Source of the DNA: Auanema rhodensis
Lineage: Eukaryota; Animalia; Nematoda
NCBI GenBank assembly: GCA_964057225.1
Contig: OZ059896.1
Coordinates: forward strand, 14,570,001 to 14,634,000
Direction: 5' to 3'
Length of the DNA stretch: 64,000 nucleotides
The position numbers were made by a program, and so were the translations under genes. The notes beneath the pieces were generated by a model. That model saw only the letters and a program-made list of their open reading frames with translations, had not been told where the DNA came from and did not search any database. Position 1 is the stretch's first letter. The number at the start of each line of letters is the position of its first letter. This document shows positions 22,601 through 36,358 of this stretch, piece by piece.

Positions 22601-25600
22601 CAAAAAGAAGTCAGCAATGAAATTGCTTGGGGGCCAATGAACCGAATAGTTAGATAAACCCATCCATATGTCAAAATTTGTGTTTTTTGCTTTAGAATAG
22701 TCTCCTCCTGAGAAGATACTAGCCCATGGGTAATCTGAAATATTTACTCACATCTCAACCATATATTATCACAACGAACCAATACAACTAATTTCAGGTA
22801 ATCCAACATATAGTGCGTATTGTAGGGGAAGAACGATTGCCATATATAGAACAAATAAAGGCCAAATGCTACGACAGACGGCTCTAAAAATAACTTTAAC
22901 AAATTTTATACTATAAAAAATCTGTAACCTCTTGTTCAAAACTAAAGCTACAATCCAAATACATAACAAAGCACCGAACATATCCATACGTACCCAAGCA
23001 TTAATGGCCATCATAGCTACAGTGATCTGTTCAGATAATCGATATAACTATTCAAATGTAATAATAAAATACCTCATAACCAAACTTATAAAACCCAAAA
23101 TCTATTAAGAATCTTATACCATTTGGTAAACTGTGATCAAAAGTACTCATTTCAAAGTCAGGAAAAACTCGTTTCTACAAAGCAATTGATAAAAAATCAA
23201 AACATTCAAAATACATACCTTTCGATCCTCCGGTTCCCCACGCATAATTCGACCATGGCGTTGCCTATATACAACAACTGATTGAGTTACTAAAGCAATA
23301 ATGGCAATAATTAGCCCCTAAAATTACAAGTTGAGAGAAAGCTACATCCCGTTTCAATACATTAAGAAGATTCCAAGTATTATCATTTTTTTGTACTCCT
23401 AACCAATCGGAAAACTTTTGGGTAACATTACATTCTACTGATATTGCTTTTTCCAAATCAGGAACATGTTTAAGCTAAAAGTAAGTAATATTTTAAGATG
23501 ATGAAGTTTATGCTCACCTGATATGTCATTTTCAATATAGCAACGATACATAAATATGCACACATAATTAAACTGACTAAATTCGTTGCTGCTTGAGGAA
23601 GACATAAGCCTACACTGATCAAGATTGCGAGAGGTAAATACAAAGCACATATCTGCAATATAAAACGTGAAAACTTATGGAGACGAAACTTGAAATGGAA
23701 ATCAAGAAAATCATAAACTTACATTTTGAGCTACAAAAACTGCGATGATAATAAATACTATCTTAGAGATGTGAACTTCTGTTAATCGCCAAACAAATTC
23801 CATAGTCTCGTTCATCCATTGAGCTACTTTGGTTGCAACAGTGGCTTCTGAAAATGAACAAGTAATAAACATGTACAGCTAACATAACGATTCGCTTTTG
23901 CTAGCAACACCAATATTTGGTTTTCCAACTATATTTATAATACACAAAAAACTATATCAGGTGTGATTACTGCAAACAAGTAATAAACTTCAGATATATT
24001 CGGAAATAGTATTACAAAAACTTTTTAACTTTTTAAAACTTTTTTTAATGTATTTTAGTTCTTTATAAGCATACCTGCCACTCCATTATTTTAAATCATT
24101 GCGGTAAATATATTTTTTAAATTGTCATACCCAATCTAATTTTGATGTGATATTATATATTCAATCCCATAAAGCTAATTTATCAGATTCATTAGATATC
24201 TCTCTACGAAATTTTCACGGGAATGTTGAAGAAAGGTTCCATCGGGAAGACATTTATTTGATACAACGCCCAACAACCTATGCTCTCACTGGTGAGGGAG
24301 TGTACTACACATCCAGCTGTTTGATTCATGACCGAGACAGATTGTAAGGACTGGACTCCAGCACCTTTCCCTGCTACTTTCTTTTGTGTTTAGCGCTGGT
24401 TCAAAAAAAATTGGACTAGCTAGAAAACAGGGTCCAAAAAACATATAGATATAGATATATATGTATATATATATATGTACAGGGGATTCATGATAACCAG
24501 AAATAATAGATGACATGTTGTTAGTGACAAATGCATAAACAACATTCGAAAAGTGAAAGAATACACCAAGTGCGATAAATGAAAACATAGGATGACTCAA
24601 GGTTATAGTTATCATATGGTTTTAAAATAGTTGAACTTTTATATAAAAAATGGTTTAATACTTACTCCAGTTTCTTTTTTTCCATTTATATCTTGTCGTA
24701 GGCCTAGCAATAATAATAGGGCGCGTAATATCATCGTCATCGATGTATGGAACTTCTTCGCTGCTACTATTTTCAAGTCCAGAATCTGCGCTTATCAACG
24801 AATTCATCATGTTCACCTCACAAGGTGTCAACAGATTCGAGGTAGCAATAGAACACCGAGCATTCGTTGATAAAGCAGAAGATCCTAATGTATATCGCCT
24901 AGTACGGTCCCTAATAGAATGAAAAGCCTTATAGACATAATAGTCAAGAATATGAACGAATTCGGCATACATTTTCGCTCGATCGCAAGAGGGAATGAAT
25001 AGTAAGTAATACGGAGTCGAGAATAGATAGCAACAAAATAATAGAAAAGTGAGAGATCAGTTAAATTGTTTTACCTGACACATTCTCTTGTTTTTCTCAA
25101 TAGCGATAAGGCGAATTTCACAAGCAAGCTCTGGATTTGAAACAGCATGAGCTTGAAGGCGGAGCATAAAACCTGGCCGCTCTGCTCATTAGACAGAAAG
25201 CAGCCACTGTCTTAAAATGCTACAGAACAGGGCCAGAGTAAGCTCATGTGTTCCGACAAGCCAAATCCAATAAAAAAAACTTGTGTCGTGTAAACCTTAT
25301 GGCCTTTATGTAACAAAGGCTGCCGAAAAGTAAAAATTTTCATAAAATCACTTGGGCTGTTGTTCAAAACTCAACAATAAACCAAGCACAGAATATGTTA
25401 AAGGAGAAACAATGATTAATGCGAACGGAAGTTAGTAATTAATGAAAACAAAAGCAAATAAAACTCTCGAAGATTTCGAAGAGAAAATTAAAAGAGAACT
25501 CAAAAAAAGCCCTGAGAAACTAACGTAATATGAAGAATTATGGAAAGAAGAAACAAGTTTGTTATGTTATAAAACAAAAATTGAAAACAAGTTATAATTG

Positions 25601-28600
25601 GAAGTCATCGATGATAATCAATTTGTCACCTTATGTTTCTGAACAGTAAGTTCATAGAGTACTCTATAAGGAAAGGGAATGGAGCGAATAGAAAAAAATT
25701 TAGAAGATTAAGTTCTGATAGTATTGAGCGATTGATCGATGGTTATTGAATTTCGTAAACGTCCATGATAAATAAACGATTAAGATTCATCTGACCATAC
25801 ACGCTACCATGTAAAATCAATTTCGCCGCCGACGAAAGTGAATAGTCGAGAAGATCGGTTCTGATATACATGCGGTCACAAAGATAGACATATATCAAAC
25901 CAGATAAATTCATTAGATATCTGGTCAATAAATATTTTGAGAGAAAAAAAGTAAGCTGCTAGTTTTAACGGTATAGTTTGTTAACAGATAAACTTACGTT
26001 ATGGCGATTGTTGGTCAACCAAAATAAATAAACAGACTAGTTAATAATTTTCAAGAAAAGAAAATAATATTTAAGAATAATAACCACCCAAGCGCTAAGA
26101 GCCGCTTACTTTACGATAGGACGTTGCACGTTACTTGATACCAAGGTGTAACAAGAAAATTTCAAGCTGAACTTACGTCTAGCATTCTCTAATGTATTTT
26201 CTTCAGCATCTAATCCCCTAACTGCATTAACCATTTTGGTCCATGGTTCATGGAAGAACTTAAGTTGTAACATAGCAACAGCAAATAATGAGATTGGCCA
26301 AAACAAACGAGATATAATTTCACTTAAAGATGGAAATTGGAAAAAAACAAATACACCACTTGTGATACCTCGTATCACCTGCTTCCTTATAATTTATAAG
26401 ACCAATATCGTCATTCCATTCCTTAGAAATCCCTGTCCACTTGGTCCAAACTTCAGGAAACTGTAAGTGATTAGTGTCGTAGAAGAAAATAATACTTTAT
26501 TTACATACCCCAGGAAATTGGTAGATGTACAAAGAGATGATAACAGCGGAAGTATATATAATAGCTGAGAGCCAAAATATATAAGAAATTGCCCGGAAAA
26601 ATCCAAGAGAAACCTAAAAAAAAAGAAATTAGAAACAGAAGAATTGTTAGAATAGGAGAATACAACATGGTTCCTCCAGATGAACAAGAATGATCAGAAA
26701 AATCTGTTCCGATAAAGGTTATGAGTCAGTAAGAAAATAAACAACACGGAATTGGTGTTCATAAGATGACGATATAACCAAATAGAAATATTCAATGTAA
26801 ACTTACTTTTGCGTAGAGTCCACAAAGACACCAGATAATGAAAAAGCCGATGGTATATAAGCAAGGATTGCTTTGGAGAGCAACGAATAAAACAACGAAG
26901 GCTACTACAAAAATCCAGTAGCTCGTAAAGAACCTCGTTAAGAATAGGAATACAGCAGTTGACTGTAAAGTACAATGATAATCGATTGAAAAAAAACAAT
27001 AGTACCTTTCTACGCTCATGAGTTGGATCAGGGAAGATATCACCACTTAACGGATTCCTTTGACTGAATGTTCCGTAAGTTTGAACACGCTGACTTCTTT
27101 CGTGCTCAGACAGAGACTCGTAGAATCTTTAAACAAAACGTAACCATACAATAGCAATATCAAAGTAAAAACACACCTTTCGCGACAGCTGAGACGAAGA
27201 AGTAGGAAAACTGGTAAACTGAGTAAAAGCTGAAAAAATATAAAATTAATAGAATCAGATGTAAAATTGTCGCAGTTTGAATAGAAAAAATAGTTAAATC
27301 AGTTCACATTTAAATCGTTGCCAACAAGTGCATAATAAAGCAGCCGATTCTCGCACAACGATACCTGACAAACTGGTTTCAACGTGTGTCATTTTAATAC
27401 AAAGGTTCGTTGTGAAAGATCAAGGGCAAGACTATACAGAGAATAAATAGAAAAAATGAACAGAGCACTTTCCATTAACTGCTCAAAAGGTTAGAATATA
27501 TTTAGATACTTGTACCGTGCAAATATGAGAAATGAGTGTATTAACTTGTAAGGAACTAATACTATGTAAGAGAAAAAAGCTTATGTCTAATAGTCAAAGA
27601 GACCTGCTATAAAAATGCTATCTTCACAAAACAACGAAACCGTGCAAGACGCACATGACTAATAAAGAAATCAAAACATTTCCTCATTTTGAAAAGGAAG
27701 AAAATGTATGCAAAAAAACTTGTATGACTTGTATGAGTGAGTTGAAGAATTAGATTAATATGGTATATATATCGGATGACTATTCGGCATATTTTGCGAA
27801 ATTCGTCAGGTCTACTAGAAAATCAGCTGGATAAACATTGCTTAGAAAAATAATGTAAACACAAATTTATCCCAATAATAATTGAAAATGGTTACTCACC
27901 TTCACTGCTAGTACTTTGAAAGCATTATCCATGTTTGGTGCTTTGATGAATCCAATCATTTGCAGAACATCAGTAAGCTTTTCTTCTAATTCAACCAAAT
28001 CCATTGAACATATATATTGTACAACGAGTAAGAACTGAAACAAAATTTGAAGAAAGAAGAACAAACTACTTTACCTCGATATATGTAAGCAAAGGTGGGG
28101 CAATTTTGAAGCATGCTTTTCTTGTGTCTTTGAACATCCATAGCACACATCCGAGTCCAAGTAATATCAAACCAAATATCGAATGATACAATAGTGCCCA
28201 AGTCTGTATAATGTACTTGCTAAAATATAACTAATATCAAACGTTACCATGATCGAGAAAAGAGGGAAGACATAAGAATGGTACAAAAGGAAGAAGAAGA
28301 TTGAAACAAGAGAGTCCACAGCGAATGAATCTCCTCCAGCAACAGCTTCAAAGAATTGATTAGTATGGTTAATCAAAGCTGCTAACAAAATCTCATGCAA
28401 AAGGAAACAAAATCACAATCACGACACACCTCTCTCACCCTGTACAATTTGGGAAATCTTATGCCGATCCACAACTTGAGAAGTAACTTTTCTTAGAGGG
28501 ATGGTATTTTCTCCAGTATTCTCATCTTCGGATGCGAGTAACTGAAAAAAAAACATAAATACACATAGGAGAATAGTTACTTTGAAAACACCTAACATAT

Positions 28601-30755
28601 AAAACACTACACAACTTCTAACTAAAATTAAAATAAACATTTGAGCTTGAATTTAGATATTTGTCGTCCGTCATTTTGAAGGCTTTGATGATATATGCGT
28701 GCAAATTTCTCACAAAACTATATTTACCAAAGTTGATCCTCTCGGCCGATTCACAGAAGATGATGAATCAAGAATACCATAAGAATCCACTAGCGTGGTA
28801 GCTGTTCCCAATCTCTGGGTCTGAAGACTCAACAATCACTACGCATGCATAAGCTACGACAAGATTCTATGTATGTTGAAACATGCAGGATTTACAATAG
28901 AAGCAGTTATTGTTGATTTAAGGAAAGTGACAAAAATTAATAGATAAGCGTAACAGAAAATTTCATGACATTAAGCAAACCTCTTCGTGGACCGAAGAGC
29001 CCGCAGGATCCTCATTAAAGTATGTTCGGCTACCGTGCTTCGTCCAGGAAAGTTGAAGAAGAAGGAAATGATAAAAAGCCTTAAAAACATTTTTGTCTTA
29101 ACTATATTAAATTTTTCTACCAAGAGAATAAAGGGATTAGCTAAAGCTGGCCATTCAATATTTTTATTAAACCAGTAAGTCCAATAGTATTCGCAGCTAG
29201 TTTCCAAAATAGGAGATAATCCGACCAATCTTGAAATAATTATATTAGAAGTTTACAAAACTAACTAAAAAAAAATGCAGCCGCACATTCAATATTTCCA
29301 AATAAAAATAAAATGACAAACGGCTTAAAAATATGCAAATTTAACACATGACAGTGCATATATACAAAAATTCAAAAAAATTTGAATGATATAATACAAA
29401 AAATATAAAAAAAACAAAAACAAAACAATATATAAAAGAAGTATGTTATCACAAACCTTGCGGTAAAACTGCCTACAGGTATCCATTCCTGGATTAATGG
29501 AATTTGATAAGTGTAAACAACTAAAATGTGAATAGCCGCATATAATAGGAGACCCTGAAAAAAAAAACATATAAAATTAAAGTTATTTTTTAAATTACCC
29601 CTTTCACAGAATTGTAGCATTGATGTCTTAAGGGCTTATAAATAGCCCACCAAGTAGCTACTAACAAAAATGAAAAGAAGTAAACGCTGTTCAGAATCGA
29701 AGGCTAAAAAATTAATTCTTGAAACATTTCGACTTTTGATTTTTTACCTGAACACATCCGACGAGCGCAGCTAATACAAAAATAGTCAAATTTGATAATC
29801 TCTTGAAAGCTGTTATAAATCCACTACGAACAGGATTGGCATTTTCTCTGTTAGAATAATCGTGATGTATTAGTTTAATTAGGTGAGCAAGGAATTACTG
29901 AGTATTCGTTCGAACGGGTTGAACTGTAGATTCGTCATTGTCTAATGGGGCACTGTGAGATAGCACATTTACAACAATCAATGTCAACAATGATGCAACA
30001 GTGGCTACAATCTCAGGAAGAATAGTACGTGTTGAATCAAATCCATTTCCACCATGGAACCTTGAGTGAAAATTTGTTGCCCCAATTTTAATATCCCGCT
30101 TTACCTAATGAATCCAATGTATTTTAACCATTTCACATCGGTGTTGTTACATTCCCTTATGTAGGTATCATCAGTTTCTCGATTGACGGCTTCATAAGTT
30201 TGGTATGTTATTTGCCCAACTGCACTCAATCCCACGTAAACGAAGACAAATATTGTGTAGATGCGAATTGAACCTGGAATTCAAGTTTTATCAGATTATG
30301 ATCAAAATGTGAAAGTTTAGATTGATATTGGCATCTAATCATTCTCCTTTTACAAGAAACATATTTTTTTCAAAGGTCTCATTTAGAGTCCATAGTTCAT
30401 GAAAACCACAAGCGCTTGCTGTTTTCTACACATATGACTATGGGCGAGTGTCCACTCGTGCCAGTCTCATTGAAGCTAGGCGCGGAGAGGAGTAAACAAA
30501 TGAAGATATCCAAAAATTTGGCAGCTATGATTTTATCTAGAGGATACCTGGTAATGGCTGTGTTCGTGTAATGTTAGGAAGTAGTGGAGCAACAATGGCA
30601 AATATAATATAGCCAATAGAGATGAAACATGGTCGTAAGAAGGCTCCTGAAAGAGGAAAGATAAGAAGAAAAATTGATCGGAAAACTTTACCGAACAAAA
30701 GGGTAAGCGGTAGTAAACCCTTAAGAAAGAGCGATTTCATTGCTGGCGCTACCAT
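16655..30755 (-). CDS. pezo-1: PIEZO mechanosensitive ion channel, full length, many exons
   Basis: Starts [17 protein letters not shown]. Contains GDYYMF (latch), [60 protein letters not shown] (PFEW-motif region) and [28 protein letters not shown]|[27 protein letters not shown]. Confidence 0.98.
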
Positions 30756-31483
30756 GTTGCTAACAAGCCATGTTATTTTCGACGATGACCTTGAATATAA
30801 GATTCAAACAAGTGAAAGAAATTCAAATTTTGGGTTAAAATATTTGTTAATTTACAGAAGGACACAACATAACATCAAGAAAAACGCTCATAGGGAACAA
30901 TGAACGTTGGATATGTGCACTGGCAATGTTTGCTAGAAATGAGTCAGTACAATAGAAACGATATGGCGAAGTGAGGAAAATATCAACGCCGCCTAAATAA
31001 AAAGACAGGCAACCAAAGCAAATTATAATGTAGAGATAGTATTCGGAAACCGTTAACAGAAAAATGAGATTGTTTAAAATGAAAACGAAGGCATCAGTAA
31101 TCATTTAGAGAAAAAAATGTGACAGCCGATGCTCGAGTCGAACAATGAGCTACATCTTATTGCTTTACTTCTCACAGGCAAAAAAGTATTTTCGGAATGT
31201 AAGGCAAGGTTAGAGCACATATTGATAAGCTATTTAAACAACTAGTTTTATTTACAAAAAAAATATCTATAGTTAGTTATCGAAGTAGCACAAACAAACA
31301 AGTAGATGGGGAATTCGAAGCACCGCCACCTCTGCACCCTAGTTGTAGATTTAAATCTTGTCGTTTCATCGAAAATATTATTGCGTACATTGCAATTCGA
31401 CAAAAACGGTGGTCAACATTTCATTTTTATTTTAATTTGAAAACGTGCTTTACTCATTAATTTCTACTCTTATAGGCTTCAAG
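30756..31483. promoter_or_regulatory. Divergent (head-to-head) intergenic region shared by pezo-1 and the first C4orf33-like gene
   Basis: ATGs are ~730 bp apart on opposite strands, each preceded by an acceptor-like trans-splice site (ttcaag at ~30790 on minus; ttatag at ~31476 on plus). Confidence 0.55.
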
Positions 31484-32567
31484 ATGATGAGCTTTACCGA
31501 AGCCATGGATGATTACATCCCCGATGATTTAAAAACATTGGCTGGATTCGATTATGTGATTGATAAAACTTGGAATGGATTGCCAGTAAGCCATGCACCA
31601 ATTAAGGTTGATATGAACTGGCAGTTCGAGAAAATTGAAGGAAAACCGCATAAGAGAGTAGTGAAAGTTAAATTCGAGGTGGATCATTGATGCAATCTTG
31701 ATGAGACATGTATTTTTCAGGCTCCGCTATTTGACGATCCAGAGCCTGATGAGCCACCTGGTATCCTCAATGATGTTAGTTTGCTCAAATAACTCTCTCG
31801 CACAATTTTTTATTCCAGTTATACAACTATGAATGCATTGAATTCTTCTTTGCTAATCAAAAAAACCAGTATCTGGAAGTAGAAGTTGGCCCACATGGAC
31901 ATTGGCTGTGCATTCTCTTCGACGGGGTAAGAAAACCGTTCAACAATGGTAAGTTAATTATTTCGCAGTTTTCTGAGATATAACTGAGATTTATAGGTGA
32001 GGAATTAGAATTGGTAGTCAATAACAAAATTATTGGAAGTGACACTTGGCAGGGAGAATTAGAAATCCCATTGGCTTATTTTCCAGGAAGTAAGGAAATT
32101 CCTATGAGTTACGACTAAAAGTCACGTATTCAGATGTTACTAAATTCAATTCGTACGCTATTCATGGCACAGGTGAAGAAAGGGTTTATGAAGCGCTATA
32201 CCCCGTTACGGATGGAAGTTATGAGGTGAGCCTTTAGTTGATAAATTGAGAAAAGGTTATTTCGCATCAAGTTTTATCTGCAGTTAATGTGAGAGTTATA
32301 GCCGTTTGATTTTAATTGTTTCTTTCATCTTTGTGGGCATTCTAACTCTCGCAATGAATATTATTTTTACTGCTAATAAAACATCCGACACCCATTCGAA
32401 AGATGTTACGTACTTGATATTGCATATTATTCTTTCTTCAGGAGCCCGATTTTCATCGTACTCAGTTTTTCGGAAAGATCAACATGAGACGGATTGTTCC
32501 TGAGAATTATATCCACCGCCCGTTCGCAGATTTCAAATATGGAGATTTGTGGAACGGCTTGTATTAA
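31484..32567 (+). CDS. UPF0462 / C4orf33-like protein, soluble paralogue (6 exons)
   Basis: FDYVIDKTWNGLPVSHAPI...|APLFDDPEP...|LYNYECIEFFFANQKNQYLEVEVGPHGHWLCILFDGVR...EIPLAYFP|...FNSYAIHGTGEERVYEALYP...|EPDFHRTQFF...YGDLWNGLY*. These match C4orf33 family motifs. Confidence 0.9.
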
Positions 32568-32809
32568 GTTATTTTTCATTTCCCTTACATCTCTAACTTT
32601 TATCTTGTTGTTATTATGCCGTCGGGTGGAATATTTGTTTGAGTGAATGTTCTTGTCTTTCTTGAAATGTGTTTGACATTATAAACATTCGTAATTTCTT
32701 TTTTTTCTAATGATAGATTACACCATATGCTACATAGGCTTCACTATAATCATCATTGACATCTATCTATTAGCCTAATTGTGATAAAAGAAGTGATAAC
32801 AGTTGCCAA

Positions 32810-34634
32810 ATGGGAAGGTTAGTTACTCACCAATCTTAATAGTTACTTGATATAAATCTGGGACAAAACGTTGCAACATAATGCTTTAGAGTAACCTTTT
32901 ATCTGCTGTGGGCTGCATCCTTCACATTCTTTCTTGTCAGCTTGATTTTAGCTATTCTTACAGGAATTTATGCTAATAAATACCATGTAAGTAAGCAAAA
33001 TACTAGAAATTTCGAAGCATAGAAAGTTGGTTTAGAGGTTACTTGAGATACCACAAGAAGTATATTCTGGGTTGTTTTACACTATCAACACTACATGGGA
33101 TTCCCATCGAATTAATCATGACCCCGTCAATGTTTCTCTTAAATACAGTCCTAATGATTTGGCTATTTTGATTTCAATTGAGGTAAGAAACTCACGGATT
33201 GTTTTTCATTTTTTGAAGAATTTTCGGTTGACAATGAATACCATGAATTAAGCAGTTAGACTAAAATATTTTAAAATTAAAATTTAATTTCTGTGTTTTA
33301 CCTGTTTGTGATGGTTCGTCAACAATACACTGCCCTTAGGCTATCTAATCGATATGTTATCGATATTTTCTGAAAAAAACAGTTATTAATATTAAAATCT
33401 TCATTATAGGCTCCATTCTATAATAATCCGAAAGCACCAGATTCGCCAGCTGGAGTTTTAAAAGATGTAAGTTGTAACTATGAAAAGAAGTAAAGGTATT
33501 TTAAAAAGAACATTCTTCCTATTGTCATCTCATTCAATAACATTTTTATGAGTGATCTTTGGAAGTAAAAAAAGACAGAAAAAAAAAGATTAGAAAAGTA
33601 TGATCCTTTGTATGTCTTACTCATCTGTGTGAAAGTCAATACAACAACGGAGTGGGAGTGCTTGATACATTTTATTCAGTCACTATCCCAACCTCCCGTC
33701 CTCACTCTCTCTCTTTTTATTTTCTCTTAACAAGAAAAGAGGGAGTAGCCCAAAAATGTTATCAAAAAAGGAGAATATAAATACAATATGATAACTAAAA
33801 GCGATGGTGTATTATTAAGTATTTTTTATTTCAAATTGTGCATGTACATGTATGAACATGTATGTATTGAAAAGAAGAAATATAATTCACGTGCATGATA
33901 AGCTTGTATCTATTCAGCTTCAAAGTCGATATTCGTTCAAATCTGATGAATCAGTGCTTCTTTCTGATAGCAAGTCGAAGCTAAATTTCATATTTGAAGT
34001 GAACATAGTTAAAAGTGATTTTTTGCTTTTAGATTGAAAAATATGAACGAGTTGGTGTATTCATAGCTAACGATGAAAGAAAGTATATCGAGGTTGAGTT
34101 GGGACCACAAAATCATTATCTTTGTGTTCTTCTTGATGGAATTAAAAAGCCATTTAATTCAGGTTTTCCTTGTTTTCATTCATTTTTTTCTAATTTTATC
34201 CTGTTTCAGGATCACAATTACAAATGAGTGTCTGGAATCAAATTGATGGCCAAAGATGGAAGAGTCAAGCTTTACTCCCTCTAGCTTACTTGCCTGCTAG
34301 TATGTTCTTCTCTTTAATAAAAATTCATATTCCAGTCAAAAACTTTGACAACTATTTCAATTCAGACATTTCTACTCTTAATGCGTACCATACTTTCAAT
34401 AATGGGTCATTAATGCTGTACGAAGCAATGAGCCCAGTTCCACCTAATGATTTCCCGGTAAATGAGATTCACATATTAAGCTCAATCTTCATGTCCACAT
34501 TGTAGGAACCAGATTATCACCGTCTGAAGTACTTCATGCCATTAAACGTAACCTTCCTACTGCCTAGCAGCATTGATATAACTCACCCATACCGAGATTT
34601 ACGTTATGATGATCTATGGGCAGATCATGATTAG
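32810..34634 (+). CDS. Second UPF0462 / C4orf33-like paralogue with an N-terminal transmembrane anchor (8 exons)
   Basis: MGR|VTFYLLWAASFTFFLVSLILAILTGIYANKYH|RLLEIP...YTINTTWDSHRINHDPV...|APFYNNP...|IEKYERVGVFIANDERKYIEVELGPQNHYLCVLLDG...|LLPLAYLP|...LNAYH...YEAMSP|EPDYHRLKYF...YDDLWADHD*. Intron positions in the core domain match paralogue 1. Confidence 0.85.
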
Positions 34635-34849
34635 TATCTTAAATTTGAAGATTTATGATTTCACATACATATCGCTTTCCGTAAAGCAAAAAAAATACAC
34701 AAAAACAACTGTACATACAATATACATAAATGAGAAAATTGTCTGAATAATGAATACTTTTTTTTTTTAAAATGGAATAAAGCTGTATCTTTTCTACCAT
34801 TTATTATGCAATTTTCATGAGAAAAAAAAAATATATGTAACACAATGAT

Positions 34850-36358
34850 TTATACAACAATTGTTGTTACAGCTAAAACTGTTTTAGATTTATTCAGATA
34901 TTTAAATACAAATTTCCTTAAAGCATCACTGAAAATCCATAAAAGATATGGATTAACACAACTATAGATGTCACTGAAATATATATGTCATGTCATGATT
35001 TTTCTTTTTGAATATAAGAAAAGGAAAAAATGAAATTTTCAATAAAAGTTTTTTGCTCGAAGTTTCAGCTGCTCTGAAAGAATGACAACCTAAAACGTGT
35101 TGCCAGTTTTGTTGAGCATCGGTTATTTTCATATATTATGTTTAAATTATTTTTTTTCAAATAATAATTTTATTAAAATAATATTTAGAATAAAAAAAAA
35201 ATTTAAGTACCTCAAAGCATTATACATCACATAGAATTGAGTTGTTGTTACCTTTACTATAGGAAATACTTTAGTAACGAAAAATAATACAATGACCAGT
35301 TGTACGCTCACTGAAAACGGATTGTAGATTAACCGAATTTCCAAGTTATTCAGGATTAGTTTAAATCTTTTTAGAAATATTTATTTATTATCAACATAAC
35401 TAACCTATGCATGACGACATGAAGAATAATCTTGTTTCTCTACGTTTAGCTATGAGTTGAACCTTTTCCAAGTTTTGGGCTCGTCTCTAGAATTGAGACA
35501 AATCAAAATACAAAATAAACTTAATCAAAACTCCAATTTGTATTTTGTGTTGTTTTCTTAAAATGAAGAAAAGATAACAATATGCAGATATCAAATATAA
35601 ACTATTAGATCCTAAAAAGACTCCGCCAATAGTAAAGAAGAGATTTGATCTTTGTTTTCTAAAACTTTTAATTAAAATTCAATTATACCCTGATGTATGC
35701 TGACAATGTAAATTTTGGAATTAAACCTATATCAGTAACTAATACTTCAACATCACTAACAAATACAGCAAGTGCAATTAATAATCCAATAGCAAATTGT
35801 AGAAAATATGATAAAAGCATTTTTCTTCCCATCCAAACTTTTTGATATAGTTCCGGATAGATCATAGCATATAGTCTATTAGAAGCTAATACACTGACGG
35901 ACATTGCTTGGCAAATTCCTGAATTTCCAGAAAAGTGAAGAAGTGAATGAGTTCTTATGATTTTTTACCCATCGACCATGCTGTGTACAAGTAGAAATAA
36001 GGGAAAAAGTTTCCCAACGATAAATAAAAGTTGGTACCCCAACCCCACTTAGGAAATACAGCAAATATATAATTGTTGAGTAAATTAGCTGTAACATGAG
36101 TCATAGATTGATAAGGAATTATATTGAATATAATATAATATTACTTAGATCAATGATACCAGATGAGATACATAGTTTGAAGAAAGGTGTAGAGAGTTCA
36201 GGAATTCTCTTACGTTGAGCAACAATTAAGATAAACATAAGAAATGAATAGAATGGTACTGTAATCATCCAAAGACCAAAGAAAAATGATTCAAAGATGT
36301 ATATGAAAAGTTCGTCTACATTATTATCAGTATTAAGTATTGAAGTGGTATCATCCAT
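34850..36358 (-). CDS. Serpentine 7TM chemoreceptor, Srv/Srg-superfamily-like (7 exons)
   Basis: LSTPFFKLCISSGIIDL|TNLLNNYIFAVFPKWGW...YTAWSM|GICQAMSVSVLASNRLYAMIYP...|...RRETRLFFMSSCI|VSVQLVIVLFF...YNAL|SDIYSCVNPYLLWIFSDALRK...VV*. Seven hydrophobic segments; the frame is intact across GT-AG introns. Confidence 0.88.

Noticed and set aside
25075-25167. ATG exon with a donor in the large pezo-1 intron (MLRLQAH...)
   Set aside because: Both ATG frames end in phase 0 or 2, but the next exon needs phase 1.
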